Shown: in pieces, positions 14,680-27,515 of the stretch
Layout: each line of letters starts with the position of its first letter
Position numbering within the stretch: the stretch's first letter is position 1
Assembly: GCA_013239625.1 (NCBI GenBank)
Contig: MU053652.1
Location: 6,749,902 to 6,813,901, forward strand
Length of the DNA: 64,000 bases
Source of the DNA: Lama guanicoe
Taxonomy: Eukaryota
Reading direction: 5' to 3'
The notes under the pieces: generated by a model
Seen by the model: the letters and a program-made list of their open reading frames with translations, nothing else
What the model was told of the DNA's origin: nothing
Database searches by the model: none
Program-made: the position numbers and the translations under genes

Positions 14680-15795
14680 TAGGGGTTCTGATTTTGTCAA
14701 TTATATGATATTTCATAAATGTTTAGGTTTGCAGACTTTGACAAGTAGATTGACTCAATCTCCTTGTGTTCAAAATTAAGTTTTTATAATGCTTTGCTTC
14801 ATATCGGTGACTTTCCTGCAAATTGTTCCATCTCTGTATGTGCCACTACAGCCAGGCTCCTTTCTATTTAATTACATTTCAAGGCAGTTGCTTTGGGAGA
14901 ACTAAACCAATAGCCAAATTAATTTAAATAAAAGGCATCCATCAGATGTTGAGAAAAGTGCCCCCAGGAGCTCAGCAGTATTTATAGTATTTAGCAAATG
15001 TACAAGAAGTCCATAATGGCCCAGAAGTGTGTAACGATCAAAATATTTATGTCTTATTCAAACAGAGATCTAATTGATTTAAAATAATAAAACTAGATCC
15101 AATACAAACCAATCACACATTAACTTCATGACATGTGGCCTTCAACAGAAAAGGAAAAGAAACTCTACAATACATGATACTCTGTTGCACGGGACCAGTT
15201 ATCTTTTAAGATGCAAGAATAATTTTTGCAATCTTCTCTAAATGTCAGAAGAAAAGATGGAGATACAAAATAACTCTTTATCGAATTATTTCATTGGCCT
15301 CATCAACTATCTTACAAACTTTTTACCTAGTTTCAGCTTGAATCCATGACCTTCTCTATTATCCCATGGCTATAAATTAAACAACTTTAATCATTACTTG
15401 AAATGAGTTCATCATACCTGCTCGGCTAATCTCTAATCTTAGATAAATTCATGAATATTCTGTCTCTGGCCCTGTAAGCTGCTTGAAATACAGACGTCCA
15501 AATGTCTTGCTTGAAAATTGAAATAACCTTCTAGGGAATTAATATCTTCTGCCCAGTCTAAGTACTCCAGCGAAGTTAGCATTCCTTAATGCTATGATAA
15601 TCCACCCCCACCTGCACCTTAAACCTCTTTTTAACAATTCTCCTTTACTTTTTTTTTTTATATAAAGCCCAAACTTTTTGTCAAGGTATTTAAAAACTTA
15701 CTTCACTATTTGTCCCAAGGCAACTTATCCAGAACTATGCTTCTCCTCTTTTACTCTCCTCACACTCAATCCTCAGTCCCACACAACTAATTCAT

Positions 15796-15839
15796 GTTTA
15801 TAAAAAGCCTTTCTAGTTTATAAAAAGCCTTTCTAGTTT
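15796..15839. repeat. Perfect 20-bp tandem duplication
   Basis: gtttataaaaagcctttcta twice, followed by gttt. Confidence 0.95.
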
Positions 15840-17475
15840 TACCCTTCTCCTTGGGCTCCTCCACCAGAAAACTCCATTGATTAAACAACAGCTTAATTAA
15901 CAAGAGCACCCCACCCCACCCCAGCTGAGTCCCGCCTTCCTATGCTCCCATCACATTTTGTGCAAGGCTCCACCTAACGCAGACCTATTCTTATTTGTGA
16001 TTTTCCCATATCATGCTTTCAAAGGAGAGACCATGCCTTTAATATATTCAGCTAACATTTACTAGACTGCCCAGTGTCATGTCCTAGAGATTCAAAGATG
16101 CAAAACACCACCCTGGCCCAAAGAAAAAGATAACAAAAAAGATACACAATTATAGTAAAATATGAATTTGTATGATAGTGAAATACATAGAGGCTTATCG
16201 GAGCACGACTGAGACATCAAAAAACACCTTCTAGAGCAGATGATGCTTGAGCTGAAATGTAGTCATTCTTGTCTTTGTTACCAAGGACAATGTCTCAATT
16301 ACTAATTGAATTTTAAAGAATCTGGAGTGAATAAACAAAGTTCATAGAACACCTTTAAATCGAACGTCTCTGAAATGAAACAGTATTTTATTAACTGTGC
16401 CATGTCTGAACAGTGGCTAGGATCTGGAAGAGCTTGAGTCTATATTCTTAAAAGAAAAAAAAAAGTTGCTTATATTCACAAGCTCTCCCTCAGAGATGGG
16501 TATTTCTCCAGTTTGAGTCACTTTAATCTGCTATAACTTTAAATATTTTCCTTTGTAAACAGATGCTTCATTTTAACACTTTTAGCCTTATGACACTTCA
16601 TAAAATGTACAAGGAAAAACTTGCTTCTTACCCTAATTCTACTTTTAGATCGTGTCCATATTGATTCTTCCCTTACTGGTTGATTTTTTTAAGAGAATTA
16701 AATTATTCTATGCACTCTCCCTCTGACTCCTCAGTGCTTCACCAGAGACAATGCATCATGACTATGAGCCACTAATTAATACCTCTTCAACACAGATGGA
16801 TGAGCCACTGCAACTTCTCTGAAAGTATGTTGAGTCTCAGGATCTGAGTTGTCGTTAGTCATAAAAATCCTGACATGATGATTAAGTTTAACTAGGTAAT
16901 TTTATCCCAATTTAAGTTTCTGGTAACACGCCAAACTTAGAGCCCATTCATTTATTTCACTGCAATCACGAATACAAGAACTGTATTCAAAATTTGTACG
17001 CTATTAAAATTGTTTCTAACACTCAGCTGGTGAGTCCATCAGCTCCTGACAAATGATTACATCATTTATTTATGTGTTTGTCGAAGTAATACATCACCTT
17101 CCCTCTGGGATGCTCACTGTACTTCCTAGTAAACCGAAATTATATTTTACTCCATTATACACACAAAAATTGAAAAGGAGAGAAGGAAAGGCAGACATAT
17201 CAGTGAAGAATGAAACAGTAACTAGTCACTAAATTAACTTCTGACCAGAAGATTAGTGACAAAAGAAATTAGTGACAAAATACAGCAGTAGTGTATGTAT
17301 CATGGGCTTTCAGAAAAATAAGATATTTGCCTAGAAAATTTCACAAATGTTTTGTGGCTTATATTCAACATTTTGTTGTGACTGTTTTGCTTTCTACTCA
17401 GCATGTTGTTTTGCAGGACTCCTATGTTTCTGTGGGGAGAAAGTAGGTGAGTAGGAATGGCAAATTATGAAACTT

Positions 17476-17481
17476 TTTATT
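17476..17481 (-). promoter_or_regulatory. Possible polyadenylation signal AATAAA downstream of the 17.7 kb exon
   Basis: tttatt on the + strand about 200 nt past the exon's stop codons. The hexamer is common in AT-rich DNA. Confidence 0.25.
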
Positions 17482-17671
17482 GGCCAAACCCTAGTAAAGT
17501 CACTTTGGTTTCTTAAAGTAGAATTTTTTTTTTAAGGTAACAAAGCTGTTAAAACACTGAAAAAAATACCCCTGTGTTCACAAGTACTATATTATAATCA
17601 ATGCAAACTATTAAATTTAAAAGCCTGAGCAAATTCCAAGATTGAAGCTGAGCTAGAAACCAAAAGTAGAG

Positions 17672-17806
17672 TTAGGGATGAACAGTGCAAGGACTGCTCA
17701 TGGCCAAGATGATTTTGGCACATAAGTTGATCGTTTGAGGTCTATTTTCTTGAAGCAGTAACAGCGGCCATTATCTCCAGGATTTGTTAATCTCTCTCTA
17801 TAAATT
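17672..17806 (-). pseudogene. Pseudo-exon: NL*REINKSWR*WPLLLLQENRPQTINL... (3' boundary uncertain)
   Basis: Strong acceptor tatttatcctttccctgttttag. Phase 0 continues the previous exon. NL*REINK resembles remembered ODA1 NIMRGEINK. Confidence 0.5.
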
Positions 17807-18978
17807 CTAAAACAGGGAAAGGATAAATACAGACTGGATCTGTTCTGCTCAGCTATGGTTCTGCTCTGATTACTACAGCGTCTGGATATCAAAGAATAAG
17901 TAATTAAACATGTTTTTAGAAATGGCTTACCAAATAAAATATACAATAAATTTCTTCATATCAATAATATGCTAAATTATCTTTATTTTATCCATCTGTT
18001 TCACTCTTTTTCCTAAAAGAAATTAGAGATGACATAAGACATTTGGACATTTCTTGAGTACCCCAAGCTAGTACTCCATATGAAAGATTCAAACGTTTCA
18101 GCTCTTCAATAATTCTTTTAAATCATCTCAAAGGATTTGCAATTATGAAGACAGCATGGTGAAATGTGTTAATCATCAGTTCTAAAAATTAGGTGTATGG
18201 GCTGACTTCATGACAATCCAGTGGAATGGGAATTATAGCTGGCTTTTGAAAACAGACGTGGATGATTATTTCAGTATTGTCTTATGTAATGCAATTGTAT
18301 AAATGTGGCAAGCCATCGTACTCTTGAATTTCTTCTGATTATGCACTATTTCAGATGTTGGGTCTGTTTGGTTCCATATGCCACTGGGATTTTTTTATAT
18401 AGTGATTCTGTATGGTCTTTACGTTTCACTAAGTTATCTTTTAATTTTGAGTCATTATTTTATTTCTGTTCTTGTTAATCTTCTTTTGGTGATATTACAA
18501 ACTTAGGACTGAAAGCAGAGAGGGGGACAATGATTTTTAAAATGCTAGAAAAGAAGCTAGTGATTTATTTGTCTCATATATGTACCATATCTTGTAAAAA
18601 TCTATACAAGTACATAGTACCAATTGAAGTGTATAAAATGTTAGGTGAGCTTCGAAGTAAAGAAGTATCATGTCTTATTCTTTAAGTTTAAGAATTTGAA
18701 ATGTTCAACAATTCTGGTAATATTTTATAGAAATTATGAGAAAAACATAACACTAACTATTATTGAGTAATTAAAAATTTGTAGATGGGGATATCTGTTT
18801 ACAAATGTACATATTCCCCCCTTATTTCCTATCTCTTAATGGTTGTTACCAGAGTTTCTTTTTCTGTAACAATGTCCACTTTTAAAAATATCCTTATATA
18901 CTATTAGAAAAGCAACACACATATACATACAAAAATGTAAAGAAGTTATTACCAACTTCATTATGTCATATATAAAGC

Positions 18979-19018
18979 TTATATGTTATATGTTATATAT
19001 GTTATATGTTATATATGT
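18979..19018. repeat. (ATATGTT)n-like low-complexity repeat
   Basis: ttatatgttatatgttatatatgttatatgttatatatg. Confidence 0.8.
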
Positions 19019-20919
19019 GCATGTATCTACCTGTCAAGTTCAGAAATAGCTTTGTAATTTGCAGAATAAATTTTGTATTTTATGTATATGTTCAAAGCAT
19101 GGAATGTATGACCAAAAACTGTTGAGTGATTATTTGGGCTTACAAGTGATTACATTGATCTTAATTTAGATAGCAACTCATTAAACTTGTGTAGCATATT
19201 AATTAATGAGAACTCTTACTCTGATTATTTACAGAGTCATTGTAGGCATATTTGTAACACCCAATAATGACACTTTTTAGCGGCTTCCAATAAAGCAGTC
19301 CAATTAAATTTGGCTTCTAGAAACTGAAGTAAGAATTAATCCATTTGTTTACTTGACTCTAAAATCTAATATCACAAAGAAACAATTGGCAACTAAAATT
19401 AAAATTTTAAATTTTATGCAATAATAGAATACAGACTTGCATTAAGTAACTGTATTTTAATACTAATCTCATAGAACTATAGTTTATTTACTCTCTGATC
19501 TTAATTTAAAATAGATTTTCACAGTGTGCTTTCTTCAGCATCATCAAAGAAATTAAAGAATCAGCCCATTATTATTTTAAGAGGGGAAACAAATGGAAGA
19601 AATAGAGAAAATGGTAACAATCTTATTAATAGTTTCTAATAGTGTTTAATTTAAAATGATCAAAATATCTCCAGTCTCAGTTGTTGCCAGAGATAATTAG
19701 TTTGGTCAAAGACAAAGCATGAACCATACAGAAGACTTAAAGTTTTCTACCACTTTAATCATCTTAGTTAATACATTTAAATCTCTTTGTGTTTTTATTG
19801 GTGATGCATTTTAAAAGATGTATGTTCTAATCGTCTCCATTCACTCCTGAGGAAAGGCTCTCTCACCCCAAATGGTAGGAGATAGCCCTACACGGAGCAC
19901 TCAATGTCATGTAACTTGTCAATCCATTTAAATACTGTTTTATGATGGTTTGAATCAAGAACACAATTACCTAATTCTTAACATCATTTGTTGGATAGCT
20001 CATCCTTTCAATATAACACTGCATTTGTTACTTTAAGGTAGTTTGTCTATTCAGTTCTATTCATCACTCTATAAGTTTTATAACCCCATTATTTTGATTA
20101 TCCTAGATTTGTAATATATCGTAATCACTTTTATATCTTCTTCATTATTCTACAATAAAAACAGTCATGTGTTTATGTATTTCCTGATTAATTCAGCATC
20201 ACTTTTACAAATTTTCCCCTAAAAATTATCAAGATTTCATTAAGTGTGATTATTTATTTTCCCCCAAATTAACATGTTAATTGTATTCAGTATCCCCATC
20301 AAGAAATGTGGTGCCTCTTTCTGTTATTAATGCCTTTGTTTTTTCTTAGCAGTTTTCTTTTACATTTTCTCATAATAATCTTCAACATCATCAATAAGAA
20401 TCTCTGTCATCTGACACAATTCTATTTTATGTTTGTTGTTGAAACTCTGATGAACCATAAACATTTTTAAAAGTTTTCATATCAACTACCTTAGTGGTTG
20501 TCTTTAATCACAGAATTTCTTGACATCATCACAAAGTCTATGACTCATCTGCTCAGAATACATGCTTGTGCAAAATACTTGGAATTTAATGTACCATTTA
20601 CAGAAAGATTATATCCCATGGTCTTCCAGGTATACAAATTTATTCCCTAACTTATTAATTTGCTCAGTTTTATATTACACCTGACATAACTAAATTTCAA
20701 GTTAAGTTGAATAAAAAAAAATTTTATTCCAATAGTATCATGTACAAATGTGATCACTGTATCTCCCACTTCCCCACAGCTGTACCTCATACAGAGCACT
20801 GGTCAGAGCTTTCAAGACAGTATTTGGAAAGTGGGAACTTATGCATGATTTTTTTTTTTAACTATGACAGAATCCTTTCATGTGACAAGCGTAGGGCAGC
20901 AAAATTTGTCACACCAAAT

Positions 20920-21262
20920 TGTGGCATAAGTATTAAATTAGACTGAATATTTTAAAAGCCCAAAAGACTCGGGAAGACCTTTGACCTTCCCCTAACTGCC
21001 TAAAGAATGTAGAGGGGGAGCCTGTTCCAGGAAGGGAGCTCTCACCATAGACAACTATAGTATGAACCAGGGGTGTAGACAGGGAGGAACCAGGCAGAGT
21101 CTGTTTGTTAAAATTCCTCTCTGTGTGCCACTGTATTTGCAGGGCCCAGCAAACGTTTGTTTACCAAACACTTGCTTTTCCATCGCCATGAAATTTGCCT
21201 TTCTCCCCTTTGAAGACCAGAGCAACTACCCCCAACCAACATCCTCTTTTGTTTTTAGTGGA
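20920..21262 (+). mobile_element. ERV1-class LTR 5' part (MER34-like), 3'-truncated
   Basis: Starts tgtggcataag; gacctttgaccttcccctaactgcctaaag and cagcaaacgtttgtttaccaaacacttgc motifs. Confidence 0.6.
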
Positions 21263-21439
21263 AACTTCACTGTGAAGTTTCTCTTATTTTTTTACACCTA
21301 TCCCACTCCATACTCCTTGGAAGAAAGTCACTATGCACACACTACTTTTAATGTGTACAAGTTATTCTCATCAATTGACTTATATCAGTTAGCTCACTAA
21401 AGTCAATTTGAACATATTTAAGTCTTTGCCAATTGTATA

Positions 21440-21494
21440 CTGTGTGTTTATATATGTGTGTATGTACATGTACACACACACACACACACACACG
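21440..21494. repeat. (TG/TA)-(CA)n microsatellite
   Basis: tgtgtgtttatatatgtgtgtatgtacatgtacacacacacacacacacacacg. Confidence 0.9.
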
Positions 21495-21675
21495 CTGAAA
21501 TCTTTCTTCAGCCATTTCTCTCTCTTTCCCTCTCCTCTTCCACAACCAGATTTTTTGACAGGATCGCCTGGACTCCCTCTTTTGAGCATGTGCAGAGGCA
21601 GTCATCCTCAACAAAAGGTGGATGTGGGAAACAAACCTTTAAATATTTCTATTAGCTACAATAAATAAACCATAC

Positions 21676-21797
21676 CTCAAAGAGAAAATTCTTGAAGATG
21701 CTGGCCATCTCTTATCAGCAAACTGATACAATTTCATCAAAAATACTGACCCCAGATAATTTCTCCAATGCCAAAGAAGCTTCTGTAAATAATGAGT
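21676..21797 (-). pseudogene. Pseudo-exon, 122 nt: DSLFTEASLALEKLSGVSIFDEIVSVC**EMASIFKNFLFE
   Basis: Acceptor tgtctttccctgtgtctgtactatatgttacag, donor GAG|GTATGG. Ungapped match by eye to remembered ODAD1 [37 protein letters not shown] (A, L, L, G, S, D, V, F, F, F in register). Confidence 0.65.
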
Positions 21798-23445
21798 CTG
21801 TAACATATAGTACAGACACAGGGAAAGACAATTTAATCAGAAGCTTCCTGAGAGAATATCAGTCAGTATACACTACTCAAGCATTTCCAATATGCATGCA
21901 TACATTTGAACTGAATAATTACAATCCTGCAAAGACTGGCCAAATAAATGACAAAATATGAGTACACTACTAATAATGGAAGAGAATGAGAGAATTTGTA
22001 CCATCTTTAACATTTGCCTCAAACATTACATGTACAACTTTCTTTATGGTTAAACTTGATTCCTAATGTTCTTTTATTCATTTATTGAAATTATTTAATA
22101 TTGTTTCCAAAGTCTCACTTTATATTTTGTGACAATACATTTGGACATTTTCCTCCCCATTGACCACAATCCTTGGAGATGTGACTGCTACAGAATATCA
22201 TTTTTGATTGTACAAAGATATTATATAGAAAATGTGGGTTAAAGCAATATTTCTGACAGTGAACTGTGATTATCTGCGGATTGTCTGAGAGTATGAGACA
22301 GATTTTCTAAGCTTTTTCTATTACAGTACATAAGACCACGACTTTCATCTTAGATATCTGAAGTAAAGAATTGCTACAGATCACATTACTCAAAAGGAAA
22401 AAAAAGTATTTTCCTCATTGAGGTCAAAATATTATTAAAGACACCTACACGAATACCTACAATTGCTTTCCTGCCTGCTCCCAAGAGACCAGGCAAGATA
22501 AATACTTTCTTAATGCCAATGTGTCAAACATCCAGATCTCAAGGGTTTAGTTTCATACAACATAAGACAGAGTCATATCAAATTATACATATGAAGAATG
22601 CTTCTATTAAAGCCAGGACTCAATTTTTAATTATAAAATAAAAATGTAGCTCTGAATATTATGTTTTGCTTAGAGATAGTAAAAACATTGGCAAAATGGC
22701 AAATTTCCTATTTCTAAAACCATTGCAAATTTATTTGCAGTTTATATAAGATGTTTAGAATAAATGTCTTAATTTGGAAATAAAATTCCAAGGATTTAGT
22801 GATGCATTTGCATTTATCAGATAGTATGAATAAACAAATGCTTATTTGGAAATATTACAATGCTATATAAAATGATGTATCTCTAATCTAATTTCCCTGT
22901 CTGATCAGAATTTAAATTATATTTCAAGTTTTCCAACACATTTAAAAGGTATGTGTATATATTACTATATATGCTAATTATATATTACTATATGCTAATT
23001 ACACACATATATTAGTAATTATGATGCAATTCTATCAGGGTTATAGAGAAAAATAAGAATAGTATGATATGAAAACATATCCATGAAAGCATGTGAATAT
23101 TTATATGACTCTTTCAATTTCATAATATTATTGAAATTCATTGTATTTGTTTATTTTTAAACAATATGAGATTTTTAAATATCATATACCATATATTCCC
23201 CCAATATATACTTATATTAATCACTCAGCAACACTTGTTGCTTAATTAACAACATATAAACAAGTATTCCATTTTCTTTTGAATTCAATACCTTAAAGGT
23301 GAGTCAATTCCATGACAATGAGTTTCCTTATCATGGGTTAGTTAATCAGGGTAAACTTATTTTTTAAATTTGTAATACAGTTCATAGCTGTTTATGAGAA
23401 GAAATTATTCATTTTCTACTTAAAATGGACTATTTTTAAGGGCAT

Positions 23446-23810
23446 GTATTATTCAGCTATCACCCCAATGATCATATGCACCAAACAACTCCAAATCATG
23501 GTAATTTACGACAACCAAGTAGCTTCCGAGACTACATGTGGTCTGAGTGGTTCTGGCTAGGCTAAATTTCATCTTGGATGTGGGCTTCTGGTTTGGGGTC
23601 ATATGTTTCCACAATTTCCTTGGAGTAGCAGATAATTAAAGCAGGTTCTTCTCTTTGCAGATCACAGTAGAACAAGGAGATAAGTAGGAACACGCAAAAA
23701 CTTTTCATGCCTTGGCCAAAATGACAAAGTGTGACTTCTGTCCACTTCCCACTGACAAAATGGAGCTATGACAAAGTGGAGACTGGGGAGGCAGCACACA
23801 TAGACATAAA
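23446..23810 (-). mobile_element. Old MLT1-type LTR
   Basis: tgtattattcagctat...aaacaactccaaatc...gtgtgacttctgtccacttcccactgacaaaa motif. Confidence 0.55.
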
Positions 23811-24157
23811 TATCCTGGTAGTGGTTTTGTTCCTTAACTTCTCTAACCCATCACCTGAAGTCTCTCAGAAATACTGCAAGGAGCCTTTCTGAGGCTACAA
23901 TTTCTGCATAAGGAGATCATGAGCCATGGTAACTAGGGTCACAGAAGTAATTAATTGATTGGGAAGGGCCATTTTATACTTACAGAAGTCTACAGCTATA
24001 GAAAAAGATTATGCTATGCATATAGAATTTCATAATTATGCTCTGTAACCCTCTTTTCACTCTGGAACTTTGCTTAGAGTTGAAGGCTCACCCACTAAAT
24101 GTCCAGTTGTGAGAAATGTCAGAACAGTCATAGAAGCAATTGTTAGAGGTTGGAAAT

Positions 24158-24643
24158 TGTGATGGTAGATTTGTTGTGTTGGTTTGACTGGGACATGGAT
24201 TGTCTAGAATAAACGTTATTTCTGGCTGTGTCTGTGAGGTTGTTTCCGAATGAGATTTGCATTCAAATCAGTGGACTCAGTAAAGCAGACTGCCCTCCTC
24301 AATGCAGGTGGGCATCAGCCAAGCCACTGAACGCCTGAACAGAACAAAAAGCAGAGGGAAGAGGCATTTACTCCCTTCTCCCCCAACTGCCTGAGCAGGG
24401 ACATCTCATCTCAACTTCACTGGCTTGGACTCAGACACCATTCTCCCCTGCTTCTCAGGCCATCAGACTTAGACTGAATCACACCACTGGCTTTTCTGGT
24501 CTCCAGCTTGCAGACAGCAAGCCTCCATTACTGTATGAATCAATTCCTAACAATATATGAATATCTATATCTCCTGTCTATTTATCTATTACCTATCTAT
24601 CTTTTACTGGTTCTGCTTTTCTGGAGGACCCTGATTAATATAC
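24158..24643 (+). mobile_element. MLT2-type (ERVL) solo LTR
   Basis: tgtgatggtagattt...ttatttctggctgtgtctgtgaggttgtttcc...tcagtggactcagtaaagcagactgccctcc...ttctggaggaccctgattaata. Confidence 0.9.
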
Positions 24644-24818
24644 GAATCATTAAAAATATCTTCCTTATGACTATGTTAGAAATAATCGGACATTTCTCTA
24701 TTAAGAGAGAGGATATTTAAGACAAAGTCTGGTACTTCTGATAGAGAATTTTAAAGGTTTTTTTTTTTTTGTCTCATGTAGTTGAACACACACAAAATGA
24801 ACCTACATGTACAAATAT

Positions 24819-24877
24819 AAAAGCCTCTAATTCTGAAAATAAATAAATAAATAAATAAATAAAAGCCTCTAATTCTG
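24819..24877 (+). mobile_element. Tail-only retrotransposon insertion: (AAAT)n flanked by 17-bp direct repeats
   Basis: aaaagcctctaattctg at 24819-24835 and 24861-24877 flanks aaaataaataaataaataaataaat. Confidence 0.7.
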
Positions 24878-27162
24878 AAAGAAGTTTTAGAGTCAGTTTA
24901 ATGAAATATTTTACAAGGAAATAAGGCAAGATTCCTGCTAGATAAGCCAAATTAATAATAATTAAAGGCTGGTAATAAAGTTGCCAAATGTTGTGTCTAG
25001 GATTTAATAATCTTTACGTTTTCAGCATATTTTAATAAGTTAAATACAGTTACTAGTAAATGTGTTTTTAAACTTTTTTTCTAAAGCTAATGTGTTCGTT
25101 CTTGGTAGGAAGAGTGTCATATATAAAGAAATGACTCTTTTTGATTAAACATGTCAGTAAGAAATGGATTATTCAAGTTGTAAGCACAGTGTCTAACAGA
25201 AAACAGTTTCTGGAGTGTTAACATTTTACAGAATCAGGTCTTTAAAGTGACATCTGCTGGCCTTGGTGGTTTACTATTTGTTCTCTGAACAGTGGCTACT
25301 TGTTCAATATTAATATATATATCATCTACAGATAAATGAAAGCAAAAGGATGTAGGAAATGGAAAAATAACCAAATAGCAAAATGGTTATATGGGCTCTC
25401 CAGGGAACAATCAAAAAATGTTTTGCATTATTTAGTATTATCCACAGTCATCTTTTGATTTTGTGCATGCTCTTTATAAGAAGAAATTGCTTCACTCAGG
25501 TGGAATGGTCTGATAAATGACAAACTCGCTGTAACAGAAACTTCAGAAAGATTTCATCTGCTTGAAACTATCTGACTAAAATATAGAGGATATCAAAAGG
25601 TCCAGTGTAAAATTAAATGGCTGTTACCCAACATTTGGGATTTCAAAGGGCCTCTCCTCTGGGATGTTGTGCAGACAAGAAGCTTAGGAAAATTGCCAGT
25701 CGGTCTGTAAAGTTTCTGGTCGAATGCTCCCCTAGTGAGCTAACTGATAGAGAAAACGAGATAGAAGAGTGGAGGGATAAGCATGCATACTTATCACCTA
25801 CTTTAATGCTCTGTTACTGCTGACCTAGATGCAACCCGAACTCACATACGACAGGTCAGAAATGTAATCTCTCTGATGCTCTAATTTTAAAAGAGAAAAC
25901 AGGAGAAGTATAAAGTACACCGTTTGGTTTATAGTCGATTACAGGTTTCACACACGTAGAAGTGATTTTTTAAAAAGTGAAAAACTCTACTCCCCTGTAT
26001 CAATTTTCACTTTTCTCCTCCATGATCATTAGTCAACACACTGCCAAGAGTGAACTCTGACATCTGAAGACCCATTCATTACAGGACCCTCATCTCTGTG
26101 AAAATCATTCTAGCTGTAGATCACAAAAAAACAGCTCATGCAAATAAGACCCCACAGAAGTTATACATGAGAATGGAATATATATGTTGGAGAAAACATG
26201 TGCTTCAGTTGAAGCCATAACCCTAAATGTTTTCAAAAGCAGAGTTACAAATGGCAGCCTAAGTGACTGGTCATTTTGACCACTGGCTGGCTCATGAAGG
26301 GGAAAAAAATCACCTTCTATAAAATAAAAAAATAAATGTGCTAAAGATAAATGAGCAGTGGAAGATTAGGACACAGGTATAATAAGTTGAAGTACTCATT
26401 CAATCCTGTATTTGTTTAATACTGCATGCCTTACATTTTGTTAGGTACAAAAGACTTAAAAGAACATGCTAGTCTTTAATAACTTGTGTATAAGTTACAT
26501 GTGAAAAATATAAAATTTATTTGAAATTGTATTTCTAATGAGTTTGATGTATTTTCTAGTATCTTGCTACTCTGCCTCAAATACTGCTGATTTGATTAAT
26601 TAATAGCACTTAATAAATTCTATATTGCATTTATTATCTCTTCTATGTGCTTATTTTTTCTTATAAACCATATATTCAGTTTTTAACACTCAAAGCCTAA
26701 TTAGCATTTTACTTTACCAATTAATGAGTCCAGTCCAGAGGTAAAATTAGTTAATACTAGCTATGCACATTAATTAAAATAGTTTGGAGGAAGGGAAAAA
26801 ATTACTTGGTTAAAAAAAATGGAGAATTTCTTTTATTAGAAAAATCTCATCAAGTGAATTTTTATGTTTCGATTGGATTCTTCACTTCAACTGACTAATG
26901 TTAAAAAAAAAGAAAATTCCCAATGTTGAAATATAACCGTTAGATTTTTATTTACTAATTTGTTAATAGAACATTTTATGATGTTTAACAGTTAGCAATT
27001 GATCTCTGTCATATTTTGAAATCAACTGTTCTGGTATAAAAGTATATCTCTTTAATAACTAAATGAAAACACTTTAATTATTCAGGTATTAGAACAAGAA
27101 AGAAATTTCTTTCTTCATCCCTCTGAAGACATTTTCCTTTATATAATGCTGAATCATTGATC

Positions 27163-27515
27163 GGATGGCTTAAATAACAGAAATGTATTTTCTCACAATT
27201 CTGGAGCCTAGAAATCTGAGAACAAGGTGTTGGCAGGTTTGTTTTCCTCTGAGCCCTCTCTCCTTGTCTGGTAGTTGGCTGTCTTCTCTTCCTTTGCCTT
27301 CACATGTCCTCCCCTGTATATATCTGTATCCTAATCCCCTCTTATTATAAGGACGCCAATCATATTAATTAGGGCCCAGCCTAATGGCTTCTTTTTAACT
27401 TAGTTACCTCTTCAAAGGCTGTATCACCAAATACAATCAACTTCTGAGGTCCTGGGGGATGGAAATTCAATGTATGAAGTTTGGGGGACGGGGCAGACAC
27501 AATTCAGCTTACAAT
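27163..27515 (-). mobile_element. MLT1B/C-like LTR
   Basis: ggcttaaataacagaaatgtattttctcacaattctggagcctagaaatctgagaacaaggtgttggcagg...cacaattcagc. Confidence 0.85.

Noticed and set aside
21062..21668. Several overlapping ORFs
   Set aside because: Derived from an LTR and a CA/TG microsatellite.
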